A stretch of 64,000 bases of DNA from Pristiophorus japonicus (taxonomy: Eukaryota), in NCBI RefSeq assembly GCF_044704955.1, contig NC_091996.1, forward strand, positions 95,418,001-95,482,000, read 5' to 3'. The notes under the pieces are model-generated. The model was not told where the DNA came from, made no database searches, and saw only the letters and a program-made list of their open reading frames with translations. Of the stretch, positions 25,150 through 37,834 are shown in pieces. Numbering within the stretch: the stretch's first letter is position 1; every line of letters starts with the position of its first letter. Position numbers and translations under genes: made by a program.

Positions 25150-25805
25150 GGAGCTGGACTGTCGGAGGGGCAGTACTGAGGGAGTGCCGCACTGTCGGAG
25201 GGGCGGTACTGAGGGAGCTCCGCACTGTCGGAGGGGCAGTACTGAGGGAGTGCTGCACTGTCGGAGGGGCGGTACTGAGGGAGCGCCGCACTGTCGGAGG
25301 GGCAGTACTGAGGGAGCGCCGCACTTTCAGAGGGGCAGTACTGAGGGAGTGCCGCACTGTCGGAGGGGCGGTACTGAGGGAGTGCCGCACTGTCGGAGGG
25401 GCAGTGCTGAGGGAGCGCCGCACTGTCGGAGGGGCGGTACTGAGGGAGTGCTGCACTGTCGGAGGGGCAGTACTGAGGGAGCACCGCACTGTCGGAGGGG
25501 CAGTACTGAGGGAGTGCTGCACTGTCGGAGGGACGGTGCTGAGGGAGTGCCGCACTGTGGGATGGGCAGTACTGAGGGAGCGCTGCACTGTCGGAGGGAC
25601 AGTACTGAGGGAGCGCCACACTGTCGGAGGGACAGTACTGAGGGAGCGCCACACTGTCGGAGGGACAGTACTGAGGGAGCGCTGCACTGTCGGAGGTGCA
25701 GTCTTTCGGATAAGACGGTAAACCGAGGCTCTGTCTACTCTCTCAGGTGGACTATTTCAAGAAGAGCAGGGGGAGTTCTCCCCGGTGTCCTGGCCAATAT
25801 TTATG
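25150..25805 (+). mobile_element. Deu-domain SINE fragment with 33-bp tandem array
   Basis: About 16 units of the same 33-mer followed by SINE body. Confidence 0.8.
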
Positions 25806-25839
25806 GATGCATTTATTTGAACTAGCTGAAAGGCAGCCG

Positions 25840-25930
25840 TTTCTCTGATTGGCTCTCCATTATCACATGACCTATTGCTAATTGGTCCCCTTGGAGGATA
25901 AGCCGTACCCTGAAGTTCCTCCGGAAGTGT
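25840..25930. promoter_or_regulatory. Possible promoter/enhancer motif cluster upstream of the ACAP exon
   Basis: CTGATTGG, TCACATGA E-box, second ATTGG and CCGGAAGT ETS site within ~90 bp of unique sequence; motif inspection only. Confidence 0.3.
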
Positions 25931-26249
25931 AACTGGAACCACCCAGCCCAAGTTCTGACTGATTTTCCAACTTGTAATTCGATCAGTTTTGACTTCAGAA
26001 GCCACAGAGGATAGATCTCCCCAAAGGGCACCAAGTTCCAGCCGAAGTCCCTTACCCAAGCGTAATAACCCCCCCACCCTGCCATAGATGGGGCATTGTG
26101 TGCGGATTGTGAACAGGTTTATTGGGTATGAAGTGAATAGTGACAGTGTCATGACTTCTGCATTTCATCCACCTCAACGATGTTCCTTGTAACACACTTA
26201 CCGAGCTTGCATGCACCAGGGGGTTGGAAGAACATGATCCGTCTTCCCT

Positions 26250-27010
26250 GAGTTCCCTCTCTCCCCTCCGTTTCCCCCACTCCTGTGTCTCCCATTCCCC
26301 CCCACTCACCGTGCGCTCTCTCTCTTCCCCCCCCCCGCCCCCAAGGCTCTCTCTCCCTGTGTCTCTCTCTCCACGCCCCCCACCCATGTGCTCTCTCCCC
26401 CCCATGTCTCTCTTTCCTCACCGCCCCCCCACCCTTGTCTCTCTCTCTCTACCCCCCCACTCATGCGCTCTCTCTCCCCTGCACTCTCCCACCCAATCGC
26501 TCTCTCTCTCTCTCTCCCCCATCACCCCCAGGCTCTCTCTCCCCATGTCTCTCTTCACGGAGCACTTTACATTGCTGCTTGACTCTTCGCATTGTAAACA
26601 ACTGCTGAGATAGCTGGTAACCCCGGGGAGCTCCAACTGTGTAATTGGAGTGAAAACTGCTTCTGAGGGGTTGCATCAAATCTCCCCCCAAGAAACAAAC
26701 TGCTCCTGGCCCTCCGCTTCCCTCTTCCCCCCCTGCCCCGTTCCTCTCTCTGCCCCCACCCCGCTTCCCCCTCTCTCTCCCCGCTCCGCTTCTCTCCCCC
26801 CGCCCCACTTCTCTCTCTCCCCCCGCCCCACTTCTCTCTCTCCCCCTGCCCCACTTTTCTCTCTCCCCCTGCCCCACTTCTCTCCCTCTCTCCCCCCGCC
26901 CCACTTCTCTCTCTCCCCCCGCCCCACTTCTCTCTCTCCCCCCGCCCCACTTCTCTCTCTCTCCCCTTGCCCTGCTTCCCTCTCTCCCCCCGTCCTGCTT
27001 CTCTCTCACC
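26250..27010. repeat. CT-rich low-complexity tracts
   Basis: (CT)n and CCCCACTTCTCTCTCT repeats. Confidence 0.8.
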
Positions 27011-27319
27011 CCACTCGGGGCTCGGCGAATGCGTGGAGGATATAGTTGACTGCTGCTGGATGGATTGGAGGCCACGCGGTGTTGGATCGGGGCCGGTTCC
27101 GGTTCGGGCGTTGTGCGGGGGGAGGTGGGGGGGGTTGCGATGGGAGAGGAGGACGCATGTGCAGAAAAGTGTTAGTGGAAATTGCACTGAGGGGGGGGGG
27201 GGGCGGGGGGGGGGGGAAATGGAGATATTAGTCCTAACTCTCGCTTCTGCGAAAAGGGAGACTTAGTACAAATAATTACTCCGAATATTTATCCCTCAGT
27301 CAACATCACTAAAACAGAA

Positions 27320-27893
27320 CGACCCAAATTTCCCCCCTCCCTTAGAGACGGTATTGGAATGGGGGCAGAAGGATGGGCCAACCCGTCCTAAATTTTCCCT
27401 GGGCTGGGAGCGGCGGGAATGGGTTGCCCGTGCTGCCACCCATCGGGCCTGCGCCGACCCCCTTCTGCCCCACGAGGGAAATCGCCGGTCGGTGACACCG
27501 ACAGCCTTCCCTCGCAGGGAGCTGGCTGTGGCTGGGCCGCGCATCCGTCCTTAAAGAGGAGGGCACGCTGTCGCCGCCGTCTCCCATTGTATTTTAATTA
27601 TTGGCCGACTCCAAGTTTGGCCCGACAATGGTGGCCGGGCTGGGACTAACTGCAGAGTTCCAGCGGCCTTCCCCTTGAACTGAAGGGGAAGGATGTTGAG
27701 ACGTGTCAGCGTGGCGCTGATGACTTGTAACGTCGGCTGCCCCGCTCCAACGGCACCTCCGGCCCTCAACACCACCCCATCCGGAAATAGAAAACAAAGA
27801 GATGAATATCGGTCCAATCACCAAAAACCTAGTGCATGGGTGAATGCGCCTACTTTTTGGTTTTGGGGGGGGGGGGGGGGGCAATTTTGGCCC
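27320..27893. mobile_element. MITE-like element with imperfect terminal inverted repeats, inserted in a SINE fragment
   Basis: Starts GACCCAAATTTCCCC, ends GGGGCAATTTTGGCCC; SINE sequence (ACTAAAACAGA...TGATCTGGTGATTATCACATTGC) continues across it. Confidence 0.45.
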
Positions 27894-28004
27894 AGTGATC
27901 TGGTGATTATCACATTGCGGTTTGTGGGAGCTTGCGGCAGCGTGCGGTCGAGGGGGTCGTTCAGCCCGACTGCCCGCCTCTCTTCCGCGGTTACAACTAT
28001 TTGA

Positions 28005-29500
28005 AGTGCCCCCTGATTAACGGGGGCACTAAAACCGACAAAATAAACCAATTAAACTTTGGACGTTAATGGATCAAATTAAGATTCTGTTCCTGGGGGT
28101 GATGATGCACTTCCTTCCCTCCAGTGCCCACCTCTCCCGGAAGCCCTCGAGCGTACCGGTGGACACTGCGTGCTCCATCTCCAGGGACACCCTGGCTCGG
28201 ATGTAACCGCGGAAGAGAGGCAGGCAGTCGGGCTGAACGACCCCCTCGACCGCCCGCTGCCCGGACCGGTTAATGGCCACCTTGGCCAGGCCCAGGAGCA
28301 GTCCCACGAGGAGGCCCTCCAATCTGCCCGCCCCCCCTCCGCACAGAGGCCCAAAGATCAGGAGCGTGGGACTGAAGTGCAATAAGAATTTGTGGAGCAG
28401 CCCCTTCAAATAATGGAAGAGGGGCTGCAACCTCATACATTGTCATCATCATCATCATAGGCAGTCCCTCGGAATCGAGGAAGACTTGCTTCCACTCTTA
28501 ACATGAGTTCTTATGTGGCTGAACAGTCCAATACGAAAGCCACAGTCACTGTCACAGGTGGGACATACTGTCGTTGAAGGTAAAGGAGGGTGGGACTGGT
28601 TTGCCGCACGCTCTTTCCACTGCCTGCGCTTGATTTCTGCATGCTCTCGGCAATGAGACTTGAGGTGCTCAGCGCCCTCCCGGATGTACTTCCTCCACTT
28701 AGGGCAGTCTTTGGCCAGGGACTCCCAGGTGTCGGTGGGGATGTTGCACTTTATCAGGGAGGCTTTGTGGGTGTCCTTGAAACGTTTCCTCTGCCCACCT
28801 TTGGCTTGTTTGCCGTGAAGAAGTTTCGAGTAGAGCGCTTGCTTTTGGAGTCTCATGACTGGCATGTGAACAATGTGGCCCGCCCAGCGGAGCTGGTCGA
28901 GTGTGGTCAGTGCTTCGATGCTGGGGATGTTGGCCTGGACGAGGACGCTAATGTTGGTGCGTCTGTCCTCCCAGGGGATTTGTACGATCTTGCGGAGACA
29001 TCGTTTGTGGTATTTCTCCAGTGACTTGAGATATCTACTGTACATGGTCCATGTCTCTGAGCCATACAGGAGGGCGGGTATTACTATGGCCCTGTAGACC
29101 ATGAGCTTGGTGGCAGTTTTGAGGGCCTGGTCTTCAAACACTCTTTTTCTCAGGCGGCCGAAGGCTGCACTGGCGCTCTGGAGGCGGTGTTGGATCTCGT
29201 CGGCAATGTCTGCTCTTGTTGATAGGAGGCTCCCGAGATATGGGAAGTGGTCCATGTTGTCTAGGGCCGTGCCGTGGATCTTGATGCCTGGGGGGCAGTG
29301 CTGTGCGGCGAGGACAGGCTGGTGGAGGACCTTTGTCTTACTGATGTTTAGCGTACGGCCCATGCTTTGAACATATATGTGAAACACGGACTCTTCCAGA
29401 TCGCAGAAATTACAGGCAGCTTGGGAGTCCGTGAACCGATTTAAAAACCAATTGCACGGGACTGCTCCGTGCAACACCCTCCAGGCCAGTCCCCAATAAA
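28005..29500 (-). mobile_element. Tx1 (L1-clade) 3' fragment interrupted by an RTE
   Basis: LHGAVPCN...CNFC..EESVFHIYVQ|CMRLQPLFHYLKG... reconstructs a CCHC zinc finger across the RTE insertion. Confidence 0.78.
28443..29366 (-). mobile_element. RTE LINE 3' fragment
   Basis: Open RT C-terminus (NISKTKV, FPYLGS, LLYGSETW, CPTC...HIRTH), (TGA)n tail, TTG at both junctions. Confidence 0.92.
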
Positions 29501-29871
29501 TAGTGGGAGGACTCTCGCATAGAGAGCAGTCTAGTGGGCTCCCACATTACAACTGTGACCACACTTCAAAAAGTACTTCATTGGCTGAAAATGCTTTGGA
29601 ACGTCCGGTGGTCGTGAAAGGCGCTATATAAATGCACTCACACTCCAAACTACAACTATTTTAGTTGCACCTGTAAATCAAATGTCCCTTATTAAAGGGA
29701 TAAATTAGATGGCAAACTTTAATACAAGTGCCCCCCAGATTAAAGGGGGGTGGCACTAAAACCGATACAATAAACAAATTAACTTTTGGCAATAAATTTA
29801 ATTCAAATCTGCACACTCTCAGACTGCAGAGTGACATTAGCATGACAGAGGGTTTGACGATGATGTTGAGA

Positions 29872-29964
29872 CATGTGATTGGTGTAACAGGTCTGGGAAT
29901 GCTTTAGCAGCCTCTTATTGGACGGGGTCTAAGTGGGTTGCAGGGGGCTGGTCTGAGTATATAA
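29872..29964 (+). promoter_or_regulatory. Putative core promoter of the ZP3-like gene
   Basis: CATGTG E-box 29872, inverted CCAAT boxes (ATTGG) at 29878 and 29917, TATATAA 29958-29964, 90 bp upstream of the ATG. Confidence 0.6.
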
Positions 29965-30047
29965 GGCAGGCCGAGAGTAGGTGGGACTGTTTGTTGGGAG
30001 CAAGGTTGCATTGAGTAGTGTGTGGGAAGGGGGGTTGGTGGACAGTG

Positions 30048-33000
30048 ATGTGGTGCCTCGTTTCAGTGCTGCTTCTAGTTGGAGCAGTTTGCTCGAATAA
30101 CCGGGAGCACTCCAAGTATCGGAAGCTTCTGCAGAGCAGGTTCAGGGCGACCCATGTGCCCGGCAGGATTGCCGGTGGCTGGAATCCTGCCTCTGTCCCG
30201 GGGACCGCTGCCTCCCCCTCCTCCTCCTTCCCGCAGACACTCACAGCTCTGTGTGGGGAACAGAGCCTGCTGGTGACTGCCAGCTTGGACTTGTTGGGAA
30301 CTGGCCACCTGATCCAGGCTGCAGACCTGACCCTGGGCCCCCTGGGCTGCCCCTTCACTCAACTTGACGCTCGCACTAACACCGTGCTCTTCCACCACCA
30401 GCTCTCCGAGTGTGGCATTGCTGTCGTGGTACGGGGACTGAGTGAGACTGGCGGGGGGGGGGGGCTGGTGTGCTGGGGGCGTCCCCTCAATCGCCCCCCT
30501 TTCTCTTTCTTGGCCTTCCATTCCAGCTGCTCCCTCTCACCACCTGCCTCTTCCCCCCCCTCTCTCTGCTTCCCCCTAATTTGCAGCTGGATTTGTGGTT
30601 AGTTTAACAATAAATATTTTCCAGGTGACTGCACACCAGCTGATCTACTCCACCCACCTCTACTACACACCCAGGCCCACCCGATCGGTCATTGTGAGAA
30701 GCAGTTCAGCCATCGCCCTCATTGAGTGCCGTTACCCCAGGTAACCTCATCCTCCACTGTGCTGCCTTGGCCCCCAGTAGCCAAGTTGAGACTTGGGATG
30801 TTAATGACCTTTCAACTCTTCCTGCAGGGAGATTCGTGTCAACAGGCAGGCAGTGTGGCCCCCCTGGGTTCCATCCAGCTCTCTGCAGACTGGAGGCACA
30901 TTGGTATCCTACTCCCTGCGCCGGATGAACGGTAAGGACTGAAATAGATGTTGTGATGGGTAGCTGGAATTTCTGAGTAGTTGCTGGTTAAGCAGGTTAC
31001 GTAGCTATCTGGTTTTCTACTATTGGTTCCAGATGACTGGGGTGCGGAGCGTACCTCCAATGTCTACCACCTGGGTGATTCCATCAATGTGGAGGCCTCT
31101 GTGATCACCACGGACCATGTACCATTGAGGCTTTACGTTGACAGCTGTGTGGCGACACTGACCCCTGACAAGGACTCCACGCCCAGATACCACCTCATTG
31201 ACTCCAACGGGTGAGGGCCTGTGCAGTTGGTTCTGGGCCAATGACCCACAAATTAGTCTCGCTGACACATTTGGCGCTTCCTCTTTCCTTCCAGCTGCCT
31301 GATGGACAGTCGAGCCGAAGACTCCTCCTCGTCCTTCGTGTCTCCGAGGGTACATCAGGACAAGCTCCAGATCAAGCTGGATGCGTTCCGATTCGTGGAT
31401 GTCAGGAGCTCAGTAAGTAACGGTCACATACACACAATTGTCAGCCTGGTTTTCTCCAATTGAATATTGGGAAGACCGAAGCCATTGTTTTCGGTCCCTG
31501 CCACAATCTCCGTTCCCCAGCCACAGACTCCATCCCTCTCCCCAACTCCTGTCTGAGGCTGAACCACACTGTTCGCAACCTTGGTGTCACACATCCGCAG
31601 TATAACTAAGACCACCTATTTTCACCTCTAACATGGCCTGTCTCCACCCCTGCCCCAGCTCATCTGCTGCTGAAGCCCTCATCCATGCCTTTGTTACCTC
31701 CAGACTTGACTATTCCAACGCACTCCTGGCTGGCCTCCCACATTCTACCCGACGTAAGCTTGAGGTGATCCAAACCTTGGCTGCCCCGTGTCCTAACTCT
31801 CACCGAGTCCCACTCACCCATCACCCCCTGTGCTCACTGCTCTGTCCTAACTCGCACCGAGTCCCACTCACCCATCACCCCCTGTGCTCACTGCCGTGTT
31901 CTAACTCGCACCAAGTCCCGCTCACCCATCACCCCCTGTGCTCGCTGACCTACATTGGCTTCCAGTTAAGCAATGCCTTGACTTCAAAATTCTCATGTTT
32001 ACAAATCCCTCCTTGGCCCTTGCCCCTCCCTATCTCTGTAACCCCCTCCAGCCCCACAACCCCCTCCCCCCCCCCGAGATGTCTGCACTCCTAATTCTAC
32101 CTTCTTGAGCATCCCTGATTATAATCACTCAAACATCGATGGCCGTGCCTTCTGTTGCCTGGGCCCCAAGCTCTGGAACTCCCTCTCTACCATCTCCTTT
32201 TAAACCTAGCTCTTTGACAAAGCTTTTGGTCATCTGTATTTTCTTGTGGCTCGGTGTCAAAATTATTTGTTGTCTCATAACACTGCTGTGAAGCACCTTG
32301 TGATGTTTTACCATGTTAAAGGCGCTATATAAATACAAGTTGTTGTCGTAGATTGATGGACTGGCTGGAGACTGCTAAATAAGCCAACGTACTGCTGGGA
32401 ATGTTCTCAGGGCAGAGAAGGATGAAGGGGGATTTGAGATGTTCAAATTTATCTATTTGATGGAATAAATGGGAAGAAACTGTTTCTAGTGGCAGGAGGG
32501 CCGGTAACCAGTGGTCACAGATTTAAGAAAATTGGTGAAAGAACCAGAGGGGAGATGAGGAGAAACTTTATGAAGCGGCAAGTTGAGTTGATCGGGAATG
32601 CGTTGTCTGACAGGGCAATGGAAGCCGATTCATAAGAACATAAGAATTAGGAGCAGGAGTTGGCCATTCAGCCCCGCGAGCCTGCTCCACCATTCAATAA
32701 GATCATGGCTGATCTTCTACCTCAACTTCACCGTCACACATTATCCCCATGTCCCTTGCTTCCCTTTGTTTCCAAAAATCTATCGATCTCCATCTTGAAT
32801 ATACTCAACGACTGAGCCTCCACAGCCCTCTGGGGCAGTGACTTCCAAAGATTCACCACCCTTTAAGTGAAGAAATTCCTCCTCATCTCAGTCCTAAATG
32901 GCCTACCCCTTATCCTGATACTATGACCCCTGGTTCTAGACTCCTCAGCCTGGGGGAAACATCTTCCCTGCATTAACCCTGTTGAGCACCTTAAGAATGA

Positions 33001-36000
33001 GATCACCCCTCATTCATCTAAACTCTGGATTATAGGCATAGTTTAATCACTCTCTCATAGGGCCAATCCCCTCATCCCAGGAACCAGTCCAGTGAACTTT
33101 TGTTGCACTCCCTGTAAGGCAAGTATGTCTTTCCTTGGGTAAAGAGACCAGAACTGTACACAGTACTCCAGGTGTGGCCTCACCAATGCCCTGTATAATT
33201 GTAGTAAGACTTTGTTACTCATGTACTCCAATCCTGTAGAACAGGCTTGTCTGATTCAGGCAGATCTTAATGTGTTGGGTGACTGGGCTCAAGACTGGAA
33301 AATGATGTCTAACTTGGGTAAGTGCAGTGTTATGCATGTGAGCAGAACAAATGCTCAACATTCATATGCTCTCCAGGCAAAAGCATTAAAGAGATGGAGA
33401 TGTGGGCATTCTAGTGCATACAGCTTTAAAGGTACACGAGCAATGCTGTGCAGCGATAGCCAGAGCAAATAGGGTGTTGGGGTGTATCCATAGGACAATT
33501 GAGTATAGGACAAGGTGTACTGTTTGTGTACAAGACCTTAATTGGGCTGCACTTGGAACACTGTCCAGTTTTGGTCTCCTCACAGGGTAGGTGATATTGA
33601 GGCTCTGGAAAGGGCGCAGAAGAGGGCCACTAGACTAATTCTAAGGCTTTTTGTTCGCAAGATAGGTTAGAAGAGTTGGGACTCTATACCTTCGAGCAGT
33701 GTAGACTTTGGGGGGATATGATTAAGGTTTGTAAGATAATGAAGCGAATAGACAGTGTTCCAGCTGACTATATTTCAATTAAATAGTTTAGGCAGGACCA
33801 GGGACACATGAGCTGTATAGGGCTAGATCAAGATTAGATGTGAGGAGGTGGTTCTTTTCCTAGAGAATACTAGACCTCTGGAATCAGCTTCTGTTTCATG
33901 TGGTGGATGCAGACTCACTGAAGTCCTTCAAGCGAGAGCAGGATTTGTTTCTGGCTGCGGTGGAGATTAACTCTTACTGCAGGGAATTCAGGGCCAGAGT
34001 GATCTTCTGGGCTTGTTTCGATCGCCTTGATGGGTCAGGAATTTCCCAGATTTTTTTCCCAAATTGGCCTGGGTTTAAATTTTTTTTGCCTCCCCCAGGC
34101 AATCATTTGGGTGGGATGGAGAGTGTATATGTTGTGATACACAAGGTATGGCGATTGTGTGTGACAGACTGGGTGGACCAGAGGGTCTCTACCTGTCTGT
34201 CATTGTTTGTTTGTAAAGGCCAACATACTATTTGCTTTGCTAATTGCTTGCTGTACTTGCATGTGAACTTTGTGATACATGCACAAGGACACCCAGGGTT
34301 CATCTGGGTGCAAACATTTCCCAGTCTCGCCATTCAACAAATATTCTGCTTTTTTTTTCCTACCAAAGTGGATAACTTTATTAGTAACTTTCAAAATGGA
34401 ATTGGATAACTATTTGATGGGAGAAATATTTTCAGGGCTATGGGGAAAGAGGAGTGTGGGACTAATCGGAGAGCTCTTTCACAGCTGGCACAATGGACCA
34501 AATGACCTCCATTTTGTGATCGACGAATCTGTCTCTTGTAGATTTTCATCAGCTGCCGTTTGACCGTTGCTGTGGCAGTGGGGAGGCCCGATCCAGTCAA
34601 CAAGGCTTGTTTCTTCCGAAAGCCAGCCAATGAGTAAGTGCCTCTACCTCTGGTATTTCTGCACATCACTGATGGCAATTTCTCAGGCCTCCTGTTTATC
34701 TTTCAGGTGGGTTCCAGTGGAGGGGTCCAGCGAGATTTGCTTGTGCTGTGACCAGGGAACCTGCGGAGGTGGCAGGAGAGGGTGGAGCATTGACCTCGGG
34801 CCGCGAGCAACTGGTAGGTACCACCTGAGGAAGGACATGTTTCGAGTTAGTCGTCGTCACCATAGGTGGTCCCTTGAATGAGGATGACTTGCTTCCACAA
34901 GAGTTCACAGATGTTTCAATGAAGGACCCGATATTCCAGTCTTGAACTCCAGGGGTGGAAGATGCCTGTGCATGGATTTTTTAATGTGTGGTGACCGTTG
35001 CATACCAGCCACCACACGGGCTTGACACAGCTAGGTCTTGGTCCAATGGCAAGGGTTAACCAAGACGACACGAGACCAGCTCTGCTGCATGGACCTAGTG
35101 CGCACACATTGCAGTGTGGGCTGGGCTGTGCTGCCCCTGGGCCCTCGCCTCTCCTGGACCCTGTACCCTCCATTTGCCACACCTTTGCCCACAATGTTCC
35201 AGGGCCTGGCACTCCAGCTCTATTTATAGCCCTGACCTGCAGTGGTGTTCTCATGATGTTGGGGTGGCCCATGATGTTTCAAGTTAGTATAGAATAAATG
35301 ACCCCTGTGCTGTGACCTACATTGGCTCCCAGTCCAGCAATGCCTCGAATTCTCATCCTTGTGTTTAAATCCCCCCTGGCCTTGCCCCTCCCTATCTCTA
35401 ACTTCTTCCAGCCCGAGAATCCTCCTTGAACTCTACAGCTCATCCAATTCTGCCCAATTGTGTATCCCCCATTCCCTGACACCCTTCATTGACTGCTGTG
35501 CCTTCAGCTGCCTGGGCCCCAAGCTCTGGAACTCCCTCCCTAAACCTCTCCGTCTCTCTCTCTCTCCCTTTAAGATGCTCCTTAAAACCTACCTTGTTGA
35601 CCAAGCCTTTGGTCACCTTTCATAAGAATATAACAAGAATTAGGAGCAGGATTTGGCCATTCAGCCCCTTGAGCCTGCTCTGCCATTCAATGAGATCATG
35701 GCTGATCTTCGACTTCAACTCCACTTTTCTGCCCGATCCCCATATACCTTGAGTCCCTTAATATCCAAGAATCAATCTGTCTTAAATATACTCAAAGACT
35801 GAGCCTCCACAGCCCTCTGGGGCAGAGAATTCCAAAGATTCATCACCCTCCGTGAAGAAATTCCTCCTCATCTCAGTCCTAAATGGCTGACCCCATATCC
35901 TGAGACTGTGACCCCTGGTTCTAGACTCTCCAGCCTGGGGGGAAACATCCTCCCTGCATCTACCCTGTCGAGCCCTGTAAGAAATTTTAAATGTTTCAAT

Positions 36001-37834
36001 GAGATCATTCTTCTAAACTCTAGAATATAGGCTCAATCTCTCCTCGTAGGGCAATTACCTCCCCCCATCCCAGGAATCAGTCTGGTGAACCTTTGTGCAC
36101 TCCCTCTATGGCAAGTATATCCTTCCTTAGGTAAGGAGACCAAAACTGTACACAATACTCCAGGTGTGGTCTCACCAGGGCCCTATATAATGGCAGTAAG
36201 ACATCTTTACTCTTGTACTCAAATCCTCTTGAAATAAAGACCAACAAACCATTTGCTTTCTTGATTGCTTGCTAATAATGTGGCTCGACTGTGTCAATTT
36301 TTGTCCGATTGTGATGTCTTACTGTGTTTATGGCACTGTATGAATAAATGCAAGCTGTTGTTTCTAGTGTCTCAATTTGAGGATGACCAATTAAGGAAGG
36401 TAGGCGAGGTTCAGATGGGACCGCTGTTAATCCTGGCTGCTCTTCCTGGAGATGTGGCTCCGAGGGTACGGATCGAAAGCCAGAATGTATCTGATGGGCA
36501 GAAGGCTCCCGAGCACAGTAAGGATTGAGAAACGTCCGCTTGCTATAATCTTCCCTCACAGAGGACTAACTAGTTGCTCCTGACTAACCCTCATCCATGC
36601 CTTTGTTACCTCCAGACTTGACCATTCCAACGCACTCCTGGCCTCCCACATTCTACCCAACGTAAATTTGAGGTGATCCAAAACTCGGCTGCCCCGTGTC
36701 CTAACTCACACCGAGTCCCACTCACCCATCACCCCCTGTGCTCACTGCCCCGTGTCCTAACTCACACCCAGTCCCGCTCACCCATCACCCCCTGTGCTCG
36801 CTGCCCCATGTCCTAACTCACACCCAGTCCGGCTCACCCATCACCCCCTGTGCTCGCTGCCCCGTGTCCTAACTCGCACCGAGTCCCACTCACCCATCAC
36901 CCCCTGTGCTCGCTGCCCCGTGTCCTAACTCGCACCGAGTCCCGCTCACCCATCACCCCCTGTGCTCGCTGCCCCGTGTCCTAACTCGCACCGAGTCCCA
37001 CTCACCCATCACCCCGTGTGCTCACTGCCCCGTGTCCTAACTAGCACCGAGTCCCACTCACCCATCACCCCCTGTGCTCGCTGCCCCGTGTCCTAACTCG
37101 CACCCAGTCCCGCTCACCCATCACCCCCTGTGCTCGCTGCCCAGTGTCCTAACTCGCACCCAGTCCCGCTCACCCATCACCCCCTATGCTCACTGACCCT
37201 GTGTCCTAACTCGCACCGAGTCCCGCTCACCCATCACCCCCTGTGCTCGCTGACTTACATTGGCTCCCGGTTAAGCAATGCTTCAATTTCAAAATTCTTA
37301 TCCTTGTTTTCAAATCCCTCCATGACCCTCGCCCCTCCCTATCTCTCTCATCTTCTCCAGTCCCACAACCCCCCCCCCCCCCCCCCCCGAGATGTCTGTG
37401 CTCCTCTAATTCTGCCCTCTTGAGCATCCCTGATTATAATCACTTCACCATCGGTGGCTGTGCCTTCTGTTGCCTGGGCCCCAAGCTCTGGAACTCCCTC
37501 CCTAAACTTCCTCCCCTCTCCACCTCTTTCCTCCTTTAAGAAACTCCTTAAAACCAACCTCTTTAAGCAAGCTTTTGGTCACCTGCGCTAATTTATTCTT
37601 GTGGCTCTCAAATTGATTTGTTTTGTTTTATAATGCTCCTGTGAAGCGCCTTGGGACGTTTTACTGTTTGTCCTTTCTTTCTCAGGTGTGGACATGAAGG
37701 CGATGCTGATCGTGGTGGGAGTGGTGGGGGCAGTGGCTTTGGTGCTGTCTGGCTTGGTGGTGGGTGGGGCTGTGCTCTGTGGGGCTTTGACCATCTTCAA
37801 TCTGTACAACAAACTGGCCAAGTCCTCCATTTAG
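30048..37834 (+). CDS. ZP3: Zona pellucida sperm-binding protein 3-like (ZPC), 9 exons: 30048-30428, 30625-30740, 30828-30931, 31033-31210, 31295-31412, 34542-34633, 34707-34813, 36368-36517, 37686-37834; 464 aa
   Basis: All introns GT-AG with consistent phases (1395 nt, open); signal peptide MWCLVSVLLLVGAVCS; ZP-N with 4 Cys (IECRYPR); ZP-C (DDW..ER, LRLYVDSCVAT, GCLMDS, DAFRF, IFISC, NKAC); ZP3-specific ICLCCDQGTC; EHP EVQMGPLLIL; C-terminal TM helix. Exact ZP3 paralogue not determinable. Confidence 0.92.
31440..32345 (+). mobile_element. L2 LINE 3' fragment with a short 56-bp tandem expansion (ZP3-like intron 5)
   Basis: AEALIHAFVTSRLDYSNALLAGLP motif; GGCGCTATATAAATACAAGTTGTTG tail. Confidence 0.82.
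32400..34480. mobile_element. Cluster of CR1 3' fragments in both orientations
   Basis: CR1 tail (CATAAGAA)n at 32631 (-), RT C-terminal remnants 33235-33990 (+) and others. Confidence 0.75.
34851..35273 (-). mobile_element. Non-autonomous RTE-tailed short element (copy 1)
   Basis: TSD ATGTTTCGAGTTAG / ATGTTTCAAGTTAG (34837-34850 / 35274-35287); 3' end resembles the RTE 3' end; body homologous to 43394-43921. Confidence 0.75.
35300..36275. mobile_element. L2 fragment (35300-35620, +) and CR1 3' fragment (35621-36275, -)
   Basis: CTGGGCCCCAAGCTCTGGAACTCCCTCCC L2 motif; CR1 tail and RT C-terminus on the minus strand. Confidence 0.75.
36585..37665 (+). mobile_element. L2 LINE 3' fragment with ~10 copies of an internal 56-bp unit (36690-37250)
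   Basis: LIHAFVTSRLD...; unit GCCCCGTGTCCTAACTCGCACCGAGTCCCACTCACCCATCACCCCCTGTGCTCGCT; LADLHWLPV...FKIL. Confidence 0.85.

Noticed and set aside
28455-29477. 340-aa ORF as a novel zinc-finger/RT fusion protein
   Set aside because: Chance in-frame junction of a truncated RTE inserted in a Tx1 fragment; no ATG start and no catalytic RT core
29668-29673. CACCTG as the FIGLA E-box of the ZP3-like promoter
   Set aside because: It lies at the edge of a stretch resembling the Tx1 3' end at 28005-28060, and a 6-mer alone is not evidence
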